A stretch of 63,026 bases of DNA, the filler included, from Diploschistes diacapsis (taxonomy: Eukaryota), in NCBI GenBank assembly GCA_023645945.1. It is 6 parts of 6 records of this genome, joined end to end, with 100 filler letters (N's around TTAATTAATTAA, not from the genome) between each part and the next. Parts side by side here need not be neighbours in the genome. Positions count along the whole stretch, not along the records: positions 1 to 10,434 come from JALAIB010000924.1; positions 10,535 to 20,963 come from JALAIB010000925.1; 4 more parts are not named here. One strand, 5' to 3'. The notes under the pieces are model-generated. The model saw only the letters and a program-made list of their open reading frames with translations, had not been told where the DNA came from and did not search any database. Position numbers and translations under genes: made by a program. This document shows, piece by piece, positions 1-11,036 of this stretch (positions within the stretch are counted from its first letter, which is position 1; each line of letters begins with the position of its first letter).

Positions 1-240
1 GAATATTATAATAAAAGATTTTTTAATACGGATACTAACACGGATCCTACATTATAATAAAAACACGGACACGGACATTATAATTAAAAAATTTTAAATA
101 TTAATATTAATACGGATATTATACTTCCGTAAATCCACGAACACGGATATCGCAGTTAAAAAATCTAAAACATTAATACTAACACTGTTAGTGTCCGTGT
201 CACTGACACGGCCGTGTCAGTGTTAGTGACGGCCAGCCTA
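1..240 (+). mobile_element. Right end of a hAT-type non-autonomous element (same family as 720-1341), truncated by the window start
   Basis: ACACGG-rich repeats ending in GTGACGGCCAGCCTA, identical to the right terminus at 1327-1341. More C->T changes than the second copy. Confidence 0.8.
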
Positions 241-719
241 GGTTCAGTTCAGTTGAACTCCGAGGTTTAGTTCAGCTGAACCTCCTGGAATCCCAACTAG
301 ACCGGTTTAGGAATAGTGTAGGTAGTAGGGCTTAGCGTATCCCACAAGGATAAAAGTCTGCAAAGTCGGATAACCTCCTAGTAAGACCTCTAGACTTCAA
401 TATATCCATTACGTTGCCAAACAAATTTCCCGTTTAACGGCGAGTATATACCCGCGATCCTTCCGCGGGGTTAACGGAAGTATATCGGGATTTCTACGAG
501 AATTTTTAAATAAACGTAAGCAACGGTTCTAAAAATTTAGAACTAAAAAAATAAAATAATTATAATAACTAGTTATAACAGTTCTCTAGGCGAGCGGAGG
601 AACTCAGTTTTAACGCCGCGCCAAGACCGTAGGTCCATATAAGAGGAGTTTTTACAGAAGGATCTCCTCTTTTTTTCTCTAGAGATTAGTTCATGTATAT
701 TATGACCATTACTATCACA

Positions 720-1341
720 TAGGCTGGCCGTTTCGCGCTACGAACACTGATACGGACACCGCAGCAAAATTTTTTAAAACACGGACACTAACACGGACAC
801 CGTAGCTAAAAATTTTAAAACACGGACATTAATACGGACATTACATTTCCGTAAATCCACGAACACGGATACCGTAATTAAAAAATTTAAAACACGGACA
901 CTGACACGGACACCGCAATTAAAAAATTTAAAACACGGATACTAATACGGACATTATATTTCCGTAAATCTATTAACACGGATATTACACTGCAATAAAA
1001 GCACGGAAATACTTTTTTTTTAATATTTTTAAATTATTACGTTTATTTCTCACGCTTTTATTTTTTAAATTTTATTTTAACACGGACACGGACACGGACA
1101 CGGACACCGTAATTAAAATTTTTAAAATACGGATACTAACACGGACATTGTATTCTCATGAATCCACGGGCACTGATACAGTAATTAAAAAATCTAAAAC
1201 ACGGATATTAATACGGACACTATATTTCCGTGAATCCACGGATACGGATACCGCAGTAAAAAAATCTAAAACATTGATACTGACACTGCGGTGTCCGTGT
1301 CACTGACACCGGCAGTGTCAGTGTCAGTGACGGCCAGCCTA
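720..1341 (+). mobile_element. Complete non-autonomous hAT-like DNA transposon (MITE), 622 bp
   Basis: 12-bp TIRs TAGGCTGGCCGT (720-731) and ACGGCCAGCCTA (1330-1341). Perfect 8-bp TSD CTATCACA (712-719 and 1342-1349). Interior is tandem ACACGGACAC-type repeats with no ORF. Confidence 0.88.
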
Positions 1342-1364
1342 CTATCACACTACTGCATCTTATC

Positions 1365-1523
1365 CCTTATAGTTATCTGTATTTCTAATTAACGGGACGT
1401 TAGATCGCTTTATAGGTTCAAAATCATTTTCGGGGTAAATTTAAAAAATCCGTATTATTGTATCCGCATTCGCGAGAACGATAAATAAAAAACTGCCTTT
1501 CGTACTAAATACAGCCATTTTGA
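1365..1523 (+). mobile_element. RIP-mutated Ty3/Gypsy reverse transcriptase fragment
   Basis: Piecewise translation LDRFIGSKSF..NLKNPYYCIRIRENDK*KTAFRTKYSHFE resembles Gypsy RT (LDRL.GAK.F..LDL...Y..IRI.EGDEWKTAFRT.YGHFE). Confidence 0.7.
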
Positions 1524-2002
1524 AACGCCAGCGCAGGAATGGGATAATACACTACCGGGGGCTGGGCCTGATCCGGAAGGATTACGTGTAGCTGGGCATC
1601 TGCAGGTAAAAGGTCTCGATTCGAAAAGCTAGAGAAGAAACTATTTAAATAAAAGGATGGTATAATAAATAGTAGTGTAGATACCAGCCCTACTAAAATT
1701 CGGACATAACCCGCCTATATAGCCACATTTTAATATCCTTGATACGATTAGAACCTATTATATGACCTTATCGTGGTTATATAACCCTATTATGGCTTAA
1801 CGGGTATTTAAGTTAATTTATTTTATTACTTTTTTTTAGATGCTTATATTTTTTTTAATTAATTTATATCTCGATTTCCTTTTTTTCGTTATATTTACTC
1901 GAGAAGATACCCGTTGTTTTTTCGTAATTAACGTTAATTCTTTTCAAAACCCCTTTTAGCGTCGTTTTTAATTAAATACGCTTTTAAATTCTATAAGAAA
2001 AC

Positions 2003-2310
2003 TGTTCCGATCCAAGTAACTAAATAGTAGTCCACTTGGCACTTCCCAATCATTCCTTATATATAGTCCAATCATGGTGACACTGGTCACGTGATGAATA
2101 AAAAACCTTAAAGGCTATTTTACTCTCTATAAATAAAACTACCGTTCTCCCGTTCTACTCACAGAAGAGTAAAAATAGCCTCCAACGTTTTCTATTCATC
2201 ACGTGATTAGTGTCACCATGATTGGACTATATACAAAGGAATGATTGGGAAGTGCCCGACTAGCTATGGAGTGCCAAATGGACTACCACCTAGTTACTTG
2301 GATCGTAACA
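2003..2310. mobile_element. Foldback/MITE-like long inverted repeat, about 308 bp
   Basis: Left arm TGTTCCGATCCAAGTAACT...GGCTATTTTACTCT pairs with right arm AGAGTAAAAATAGCC...AGTTACTTGGATCGTAACA around a spacer of about 37 nt. Confidence 0.75.
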
Positions 2311-2612
2311 TTTATACGCGTAGGTTCATTTATTCAAGCCCAAACCAAAGAACACATCGTCTCTATAAACTAAATATTCAACATATACTTATCGTGGAGC
2401 ATTCAACGTCATCAGTCTTATTATAAACAATATGTTGCGATTAAAACTTAAATATCCCCAAGTCTGGTATTTATTGCTTGGGGTCCTTAGCACCTTCTTT
2501 TTATCGAGAATATGGATATAATAAGTAATCTTGATCATGATTGAATTCCAAAGTGCAGTAATTAAAGCGATAGTGTATGTTTCCACCCATACCCTCAGCA
2601 AAGACCTTAATA

Positions 2613-3751
2613 TCAAATTTTTATTGTCTTCAGGCGCCGCCCACCTGTAGTACGAGGTTTTAATTTTCCTTCCATGATCTGCTTTGCCCTCCCCGCGGCC
2701 CACTCATCCACTTTGCAAGTCTCTTCTTCCTCCCCTTCTGCAAGCGGTGGAATCACGTCGCTTCCTCGCAGCCGGCTCATCCATCCATCACGGTCAGGCC
2801 GGATTAAATATGCCAGACTTTGGCGTGTGGCATTTGCCTGTTCTCCGGGTGCTGCCAAGACACGATGGAGAGGACTTCGCAGCACTCCGCCAGTCCATTC
2901 GACTATGGTGTCTCCCATGTTTATAAGAGCACAGCCTAGCTCGGGGCGAATGTATTGCCAATTGGAGTTGACGTTCTCGGCATTCGCTGGCAACATCTGT
3001 AGGCCGCCAACCACGTTGAAGAGCATCGTTATAATGCCAATGTCCGTGTGGCCCCCAAGGGTGATGTGGTGGTAATCCTCGGCTCTCTGAGGATGGCTCA
3101 GAAGCATGCGAAGAGAGGTGCCAGAAGGCTTTTCAAGAGGACACAGCGCCGCGAGCGTGCCGGACGCAAGGCCAAGTTCCTTGTCCAGCCGAGTTAGAAT
3201 TACACTTACCGCCTGGTGAGCACGGCGGAAAAACAGCTGGCAGTCTTTGCGCCGAGCCTCGAGAGGCTCTGGGTTCTGACGTGGCGGGACTGTACCCATT
3301 ATATCGTCTTGACCAATTGTGTACATTTCCATGGCATCGAGTTTCCCGTCGTCTGTCTTGAGTTTACCTGAGGATTTGTATCTAGTTGAATAATTAAACT
3401 TGAGTCAGCTTTCAGGCTTTGATCACCGGATTAATCCCGCTCAGGAGCTACTGACCCTAGGAGATCCTTTGGTGGCTTGTAAGCATAGTTGTTCAACACC
3501 TCTTTGTCAAGGGTAAGGACCATAGTGTTGATGTCGAACATGGTCTCTGCGGCATTCAGAAGAGCCTCACCTTCGTGGAAGCCTCTTAAATCCAGTAGGA
3601 AAAGGCCGTATTCCCGGCACGCCTCGAAGAGGGCTTGCGACTCATGATCAACGTTGGCTTGGAGCTTCTCGAAGGAGATAATAGGGATGTCGGCTACAGG
3701 CACACTAGAAGAGAATTCAGGAACTTGATCGAAATACCTGTGTGTAGGCAT
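2613..3751 (-). CDS. 2-oxoglutarate/Fe(II)-dependent dioxygenase (IPNS/DIOX_N-type), 2 exons
   Basis: N-terminal IPIISFEKL..LFEACREYGLFLL. HxD (GGHTDIG), distal His (SPLHRV) and RxS (RQSLAY). GT-AG intron 3455-3382 restores the frame. Confidence 0.9.
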
Positions 3752-4319
3752 TATATCTGACGGTCTCGAATTATTGGAAAATACCAGGAAGTTGTTTGAG
3801 GTTATCAAGCAAACAGGCTCAACCTCAATATCGTGGTCAAGGTACGTTAAAGGCACACAAGGGTCAGGCGGGAAACAGTATGGATGGATGTCACGCGGCC
3901 ATCGAGCTTCAATTATCAGCTGCAATCCCTGAAGCGAGAATGGCGGCGGCGTAGGCTTCAGACCTGATGCCTGCCGTGTTGCGGCGTATGGCATCGTGCC
4001 TCGATACGAAGGACATGGTTCATAACGTAATTATGTTGGCGCAGACGATCTCCGAGCTGTCAGTTGGCGATGGATGCAGCTTTGATGATGTACTGAACTC
4101 CGCAGCAACTGCTTAAACGAAAGTCTAATATACTCGTATGCATACGACTTGCAGCTTTGTTCGGGAAATTTCGGAGAAGACCCTTAGCTCGCTGACACTG
4201 TGCTGTGTCACGCAGAGCCACAACGCTGTCTTCAGTAGTTAAAAGAGAACAGACTGTATCAGTTATCTATTCTACAAACGTAAAAGATTCAGGGTTTTGT
4301 AGCAACCCCAAAGTCCAGA

Positions 4320-5083
4320 ATGCGTTTCTTATGCCTTCATGGCATGGGTACAAACAGCAATGTGCTCGAAACTCAACTAGGTGGGTGGGTTCCTTGAAAG
4401 TCTGCTCGCTTACATTGAATCCGAAAGCAACCATTCGTTATGAGATGGACCAGCACCACACTTTCGACTTCGTAGAAGGTTGCGAACCCTGCCCCATTGC
4501 TCCAGGTAAAGCTGTCCTATGTCTTTTCTGAATTAGATTCTCATGCATTTACTTGACAGAAATCAAAGCGTTTTACCCTTCCAACGACAGCTACTTTCAG
4601 TACTTCTCTCCAAACGCGAATAGCCTTTGGCTAGCTATTTCTCAGCTCTCGGCCTACGTCGAACAAGAAGGCCCCTTTGACGGTGCAATTGCATTCTCGC
4701 AAGGCGCCAGTCTTGTATCGACCTATCTGCTTCAATTTACTCGACAGAAACCGGGTGAGCCGCTGCCCTTTCGGTGCGCGATATTCTTTGCGGGCGCACG
4801 ACCATTCGACGTGATTGCCCTGGCAAAGGGAAGTATGAAGCATGTCAACCCTGCAGAATCGGGGCCGCTTCTGTGCCTCCCGACAGCCCATGTCTGGGGC
4901 CGCGACGATCCGCTTCGGGATGAGCAAAGCGAAGTTCTTTGGCTGCTGTGCAGCGAAGCCCAGAGAGACCTGCACGTACACGAGAAGGGGCACGAGATCC
5001 CTGGTGCAAGGGCAAAGGAGGATGTGCAACGATGTGTGAGACTGATCCATAGAACGATCGACAAAGCGTCAGTGGATGTATAA
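4320..5083 (+). CDS. FSH1/DUF341 serine hydrolase (LovG/OVCA2-like esterase), 3 exons
   Basis: MRFLCLHGMGTNS start, GPFDGAIAFSQG nucleophile motif, PTAHVWGRDD (Asp) and HEKGHEIPG (His). Confidence 0.9.
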
Positions 5084-5532
5084 AGAGACTTAGTTTCTTG
5101 ATTGCATCCTAGGGAGCCAACCTTGTACTAATGGCGCGTGTGTGTGGAGAAAGGGAGTTGTCTTGATCCTGGTCCCCTCAATGTTGTACTGCATATTACA
5201 AAAATCACGCCTACAATATCCATGGCCTGATCCAGCTTGGACCCATAACGTGCATGGATCTTGATATGTCCAGCGCCGTGCCTGATCACCAATTTGTATC
5301 CCACCATAACTTCCTTGATGGCTGCGACTATTGAGCCTCCCACAACCATCCCGTTCTTCCTCTTAGGGTAGCTATGTTTCAGCACACGCAGCACACAAGA
5401 GGCATTGACTGCCTAGCTTTTGTCTCCAATCCCTGAACGAGCTAAATATCCGAAGATTCCACTCTCAACGCCAAGTCTCTTTGACTGTCCTCCATTTTCG
5501 TTGCTTCCATCTCTCCCACTCTTTCCAACAGA

Positions 5533-6658
5533 ATGGCCATAACAACGACACAGTCCAACGCGCTTCCGCCCGATAGCGATGCTGGGCCTGGCATTCTCGT
5601 TGAAGTTTATATCTTATTGATCATGGCGTTTGTTCTGGTCGGTCTCAGATGCTACGTTCGCCTTGGCGTGCGTAGTAACTGGGGATGGGACGATTCCATG
5701 ATCATTATTGCTTTGGTATGCCAGGCTCTTCTTACCATTTGGAAGATCGCAGCTGATGTAACAGATATTTTGGCTGATTGGCGCCATACTCGTTCAACTG
5801 GAAGTAAATCTCGGATCCGGTCGACACCTGGTTTACGTGCTCGACCCGGAGCAAGCGGTTCTTGGTATCTTAAAATTGAACACTTTTTTTCAGATGGACA
5901 ATGTGCTCTGTACCCTATTCACAAAAATATCCATCAGCATCTACATCGTCCGTATAAAAAACGAAAAGTGGTTGCGCAGGATGCTTTGGGTTCTTATGGT
6001 TCTTATGTTCCTCGCCACCCTCATCTGCATCATCGGTCTGTCGATCTCGTGTATCCCACTCGAAGCGCTGTGGAATCCGGCGATCAAAGGCAAATGCCTG
6101 CCTCTCCAGACTGTTTATATCGTTTCCTACGTGCAGTCGGCCTTTACTATCATTACCGATCTTTGCTTTACTGTATCGCCAATCGCTATCCTCTGGAACG
6201 TCCAAATTCGCAAAGGAAGAAAGGTGCTCATTTGTTTCCTGATGAGTCTGGGTTTGGTGGCTACCATTTCAAATGCACTGAGGAACGTATTCGTGCCGGA
6301 TCTCACGTCCCCGGATCTTACGCGTAAGAAACCTTGGCGCTCTAGAAATGCAACAGTTGCCGTGCTGACAGCGCTTTCTGTAGATGCTATAACGCCAATC
6401 ACTATAGTAGCCGTCCTTGAGCTTTCGTCCGGCATTATCGCGGCGTGCATACCGGCGTGTATGCCACTGTTCCAGCTGCAAAAGATCAGAGAGCAGCAGA
6501 GTGATAGATACTTGCTAGGAAATCGCGCCACCAAAACAACGGCCTGGAGGCCCAAATCAAGATCACTCGATGGAAACGAGACCCTCGTCAACGATGACAG
6601 TTCTCTGAGTGCATTGCACACGAAAACCGCAGTGGACGTTGTTATCTCGCAAGTCTGA
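5533..6658 (+). CDS. PTH11-like/fungal rhodopsin-domain integral membrane protein (no CFEM domain)
   Basis: LRCYVR..GWDD, TKISI, CIPLEALWNP..GKC, TDLCF..PI..LW.VQ, GIIAACIP motifs. Introns near 5717-5764 and 6324-6382. Confidence 0.88.
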
Positions 6659-7751
6659 TGGCACCACGGCCAAGCTAGGTGCGGATACAAAGGCCAGCCT
6701 CTTTTCCCTTCTAGCAAGGGGAGCTTCTCAACGTTAGAAACAATGTATCTTCCATTTCCCACCTCCATGTCCTAGTGTAGAGTGAACAATTTTCGACGGA
6801 AAGAATTTTTTATTAAGCAATATTTTGAGCGCTTGTAACTTAACCGAAACCAGAGCTCGTAATTATCCCTAGCATCCTCAAAATCTCCCAGCCTCGTGGT
6901 CTCTACTGCATCGTATACAAGACCCGTCCCTGCTTGCCGCTCTCCTCCCAGAACCAACGATGCGTCTTGGGGCAACGGTGTGAGCTGTACATAGCTACCA
7001 ACGAGGCTTGGCTCAGTATGCGCACGTTTTCACCTTCTACTGTTGCATCTGGTCTCCCCAGTTGCGGCCGCGCTCCCGTGATTAGACCTACAGCTTAACC
7101 CACCAGTGTGTGGTGACAGCGCAAGCCACAATGGTGCAAGGTCATGGCGCAGACAAATACAGTAAAGAGGGTGGAGTAGTGGGAATAGGAAGGTTTCATC
7201 TAGGCAAGCCCCTCCCCCCTAAATCAGTAATGTAGTTGTCTTGATAGCGGCAGACGTCCGCCTTGGTCCGGGAGATTGATCCGTCCCAGGCGCCCATTCG
7301 GTCTTACTATTTTTTTGGTAAGATCTTGAGCATCCACGGGTTACAACGCAGGCTGCGCGATCTTTGCCTTGAATTAGCGTCGCTATAGATGGCGTGTCGT
7401 GTTTGTGCAAGATTCGCAGACTGAAAGGAGTGTGGCACCTTCGCTTCAGGCATCTGCAGGAGTGCTGATCTTTTCTATTTACAGCAGCCATCACATTTCA
7501 CCCCGTACGGAGGTAGTGTCCCGATGCACAAAACAACCCATTGAAGCCGACCTTGCAGCTCTGATAACGCCTAGTATGTGGGAGCGGATTGGAGGACAGT
7601 CGCAGCCGTTGCAAAGTTCTTGTCGGTTGTCTTTCGTTTAAACAGGCTCTGCAGCGTCTGTGCCAATCTTCCCTTGACTTCTCTTTCTGGTGAAGCCTTT
7701 GAAGAGTCTTCGAGACTTCGAATCGATCAGATTTCATATCTTACAATTAAA

Positions 7752-9778
7752 ATGCAAGAAACAGCCCCGAGACCCGAAAAGCTGTTAGAATCTGCAAGCG
7801 AAAGAAATGCTACTTCCGCATCGAAGCCGTCTCCAGGCGATACAAGCCTCAGACCGGATTCGATACCGAAATCTAGTGGCGAAAAGGCTTGCGCTGACGA
7901 CCCAGAAACCGTACCTGCTGAATTGGAGGCTCGTACGATAGAACGTCTGAAAGGATGGAGACTGCACGGAACCACCTTTGCGTAAGCTGTGTCGATCTAT
8001 AGATAATCATTAAGCACTCTGTGTGCTTATAATTCAACAGCTGTGGGCTATGCGTATTCCTCGCGAACCTCGAAATTGCCATCGTGAGTACCGCGTTGGT
8101 TGTTATTACAGACGACTTGGAAAGCTTCGGCAGCAGCAGCTGGATCATCACATCCTATCTTCTTACCTATACAGGTCTGGAGGCCTCCGATCCCATTTTC
8201 ATAGGCCGAGCGCTGATTACGAGCAGGCTTTTTGATAATATGGGCCAAATGGAGTGATACACTTGGGCGACGGCAGTCTCTTTGCGCGGCACTGTTGATA
8301 TTCATGGTGGCTTCGGGAGCTTGTGGTGGAGCGCAGACAACAAGTCAACTGCAAGTTAGTGCATGGCCTCGCTGATCAAAAAACTGATCTGTATAGCATC
8401 GTGTTCCGTGCCTTTCAGGGAATCGGCGGATCTGGCCTCCTTTCCCTAACGTTTGTCATTTTCCCTGAGATGGTGGAGCCTGAGAAGTACGCGCTGTACG
8501 CGTCTTTTACCGTTCTTGCCTTTGTGCTGGGATTTCTCTTCGGTCCCATCTTCGGAGGGGCCATTGTAGGCTACAGTACGTGGCGATGGGTCTTTTTATT
8601 AAAGTAAGTCTTGCCGAAGCGGAAACTACTATCGTGCTTAAAGCGTTCAGTTTGCCGGCGGGACTCGTCACTCTGGTATTAGTCTTCATCTTTATACCCG
8701 TGGGTTTTCCGGATTTGAGAGCTACGACCGCGTTAGTCCACCTAGGAATGCTCGGTGAAATTGATTATATTGGGGCGTCTCTAGTCTTCGCAACTTCAGC
8801 ATTTCTAGTCAGCGCTCTGGAAGAAGGAGGGACGGCATACGCTTGGTCATCATCCGCTATAGTCGTGCTCTTGGTTTTAGGTGGGGTCTGCATTATTTGT
8901 TTCATCGGATGGGAATGGTTTGTAGAAATCAAATGGACGACCAAGCAGCCCATTTTCACCTTACGGCTCATGAAGAATCGGGTATTCATGGGAGCATTGC
9001 TGTACGAAATCCTCTGGTTATCTGGGGAGTATACGCTCACCTTACGCAGAATTACGTTCCTCACTGGTGCCACCTTTACGGTTGCTGTGATTCAGATCCC
9101 CCAAGAGTGGCAGACAGTATCGAACTGTACTGCACTGGAGGCTGGCACTCGATTGCTACCATTTACTATCTTCTATTCGGTTGGTACGATTCTTGCCATG
9201 ATCCTGACGTCTAAACTTCATGTTCCACCGGTTTTTGTCATACTACTCGGGGCTGCTCTCCAGATCATCAGCGTTGCTGTCATGTCCTGCATCCCTGTGC
9301 GCACAGGGGCTGCTAAATACATCTGCGAGATCATTTTGGGGATCGGGGTTGGGACGAACATCGGCGTGCTAGTTCAATTAACGCCCCAACTGATTCGTGG
9401 GAAAGACCAAGGTTCATATAATATTGTAACCAAGTTTGAGCGAGCTGCCGCGCTGACCACAGCACAGCGACCGCGATGGGGGCAATCACTCAATTTCGTG
9501 CATTGGGTGGCGTCATTGGGCTCGCAAGCGTCACCAATGTTTTCAACGACTACGTCAGGTCCCAGCTGTCCCGTCAGCTTACCCCAGATCAGCTCACAAG
9601 CCTTTTGCAATCGGCCATCACGGCCATTGCTCAGCTGCCGCCGGAGTCCCAGAACGCGGTAAAATCGACATTTGCCGTTGCATACGATTTACAAACGAAG
9701 GTGTTAATCGGGTTTGCTGTTGCCCAAGCGCTCGCGGTAAGTCTGATGTGGGAGAAGACCTTCAGAAGACTTCTTTGA
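7752..9778 (+). CDS. MFS multidrug/toxin efflux transporter (DHA2, 14-TMS type), multi-exon
   Basis: WIITSYLLTY, SDTLGRR, FRAFQGIGGSG, GPIFGGAI..WRWVF, IDYIGA, TQFRALGGVIG motifs. Confidence 0.9.
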
Positions 9779-10082
9779 ATGACCAGCGCACTTTTTGGAG
9801 TAATAGACAGACGGAATTGAGGATCTACACAAGCACTGATGAACGGAGAAGGGAATCGAGCTGAAATGATAATGGTTAAAACATTTTATGATTCCTATTG
9901 TCAGCTGAAGCTGATGTACTCTAATGACTTTGCACATGATTGTTTGCAGTAAAAACTCCCCCATGCTTTGACCAGCCACACACAACAAGTATTAAAATTC
10001 CCACACAAGCCACACCCCATCATTTACCACACAAGCGTTGTTGCCCAAGCCCTGGAGTGAAAAAGATGCGGGATTCAAGATA

Positions 10083-10292
10083 ACATGTTTCACCACACAA
10101 CGGAACACACCATAAAGCGGAATACAATCCCTGCACCTTCGTAAAGTGTATTTCTTAAAGGCCGAAGAACGGGGTAGTGTAGTTGAAAACAGATTTAGCT
10201 TCATATAAATATGGAAGCGCTCGATCTAGCGCAATTACATTATAATGTAATGTTCCGCTTTGTGGTGTGTTCCGTTGTGTGGTGAAACGCGT
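10083..10292. mobile_element. Tc1/mariner (pogo/Fot1-type) MITE, about 210 bp
   Basis: About 40-bp TIRs: ACATGTTTCACCACACAACGGAACACACCATAAAGCGGAA and its near-perfect reverse complement ending ...GGTGAAACGCGT. Flanked by TA on both sides (10081-82, 10293-94). Confidence 0.8.
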
Positions 10293-10434
10293 TAGCATAA
10301 GAAAATTTTATAAACTTTAAATTTAGAAATTAAAAAACTTTTCGCTTCTCGGGTCCGAGTCAAATAAATCCTATATAAATAAATTATATTTATTACAACG
10401 ATCCCCTTCTTTCAACTAACGCTTAGTTTAAACC

Positions 10435-10534
10435 NNNNNNNNNNNNNNNNNNNNNNNNNNNNNNNNNNNNNNNNNNNNTTAATTAATTAANNNNNNNNNN
10501 NNNNNNNNNNNNNNNNNNNNNNNNNNNNNNNNNN
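10435..10534. other. Artificial contig spacer (N44-TTAATTAATTAA-N44)
   Basis: Six-frame-stop linker embedded in Ns. Identical spacers at 20964, 31490, 42015 and 52522. Confidence 0.97.
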
Positions 10535-10711
10535 ATACGAGGTAATCATTGTTGAAAAAGATCGAATATAAGATAAAAATAGTGATTTAAAGTGGCCGGA
10601 ATCTGGGGGTAGCCGGAATCCCCGTGAAACACGTTACATTAGTATTATGGTTTTATTACTGTACCACGTGCTCGGGTACTAGGGTCTGTTCGGGTACTAG
10701 GGTCACGACTG
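10535..10711 (+). mobile_element. Right end and TIR of a Fot1/pogo-type transposon
   Basis: TIR CTCGGGTACTAGGGTCTGTTCGGGTACTAGGGTCACGACTG followed by TA. Near-identical to 31810-31849. Subterminal AAAGTGGC..GGAATCCC..AAACACGTTA is shared with 31681-31712. Confidence 0.75.
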
Positions 10712-10740
10712 TATCTTATCTCCCATTATTCATAGCTATC

Positions 10741-10890
10741 ATCTTCATCATTTTCAATAACATTTATTATTAATTATTCAACAAAAAATGCTATGCAGAT
10801 TAGAAATTATTTTCTAATTAGGATTAGCTCAAAATATATCTTAGTCTCTTGTCATTTTAATAGGAACCCTGCAACACCTCCACCTGTTTT
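10741..10890. repeat. Degenerate dispersed repeat, homologous in inverted orientation to about 41735-41870
   Basis: AGAAATTATTTTCTAATTAGGATTAGCTCAAAATATATCTTAG aligns with the reverse complement of the 41770-41815 region (GGAATTATTTCCTAGTTAGGATTAGCTCCGAATATTTCTTAG). Confidence 0.6.
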
Positions 10891-11036
10891 CAACATATTA
10901 AATTTACCTTTTTATCTTCGCTTAGGAACCGGAAGATCACCTAGGCCGACAAATGATATTCTTTGAAGAGGTTTCGTACTTGTTCACAAAAATTGCTTTA
11001 TGAAAACGGACGATTCTGATAGTACCTATTACACAC

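Noticed and set aside
317..711. Possible solo LTR starting TGTAGG
   Set aside because: No second copy, TSD or PBS/PPT could be verified.
720..1341. Regularly spaced ACACGGACAC repeats resembling a CRISPR array
   Set aside because: The context is eukaryotic, the intervening sequences are themselves repeats, and the unit is bounded by TIRs and a TSD.
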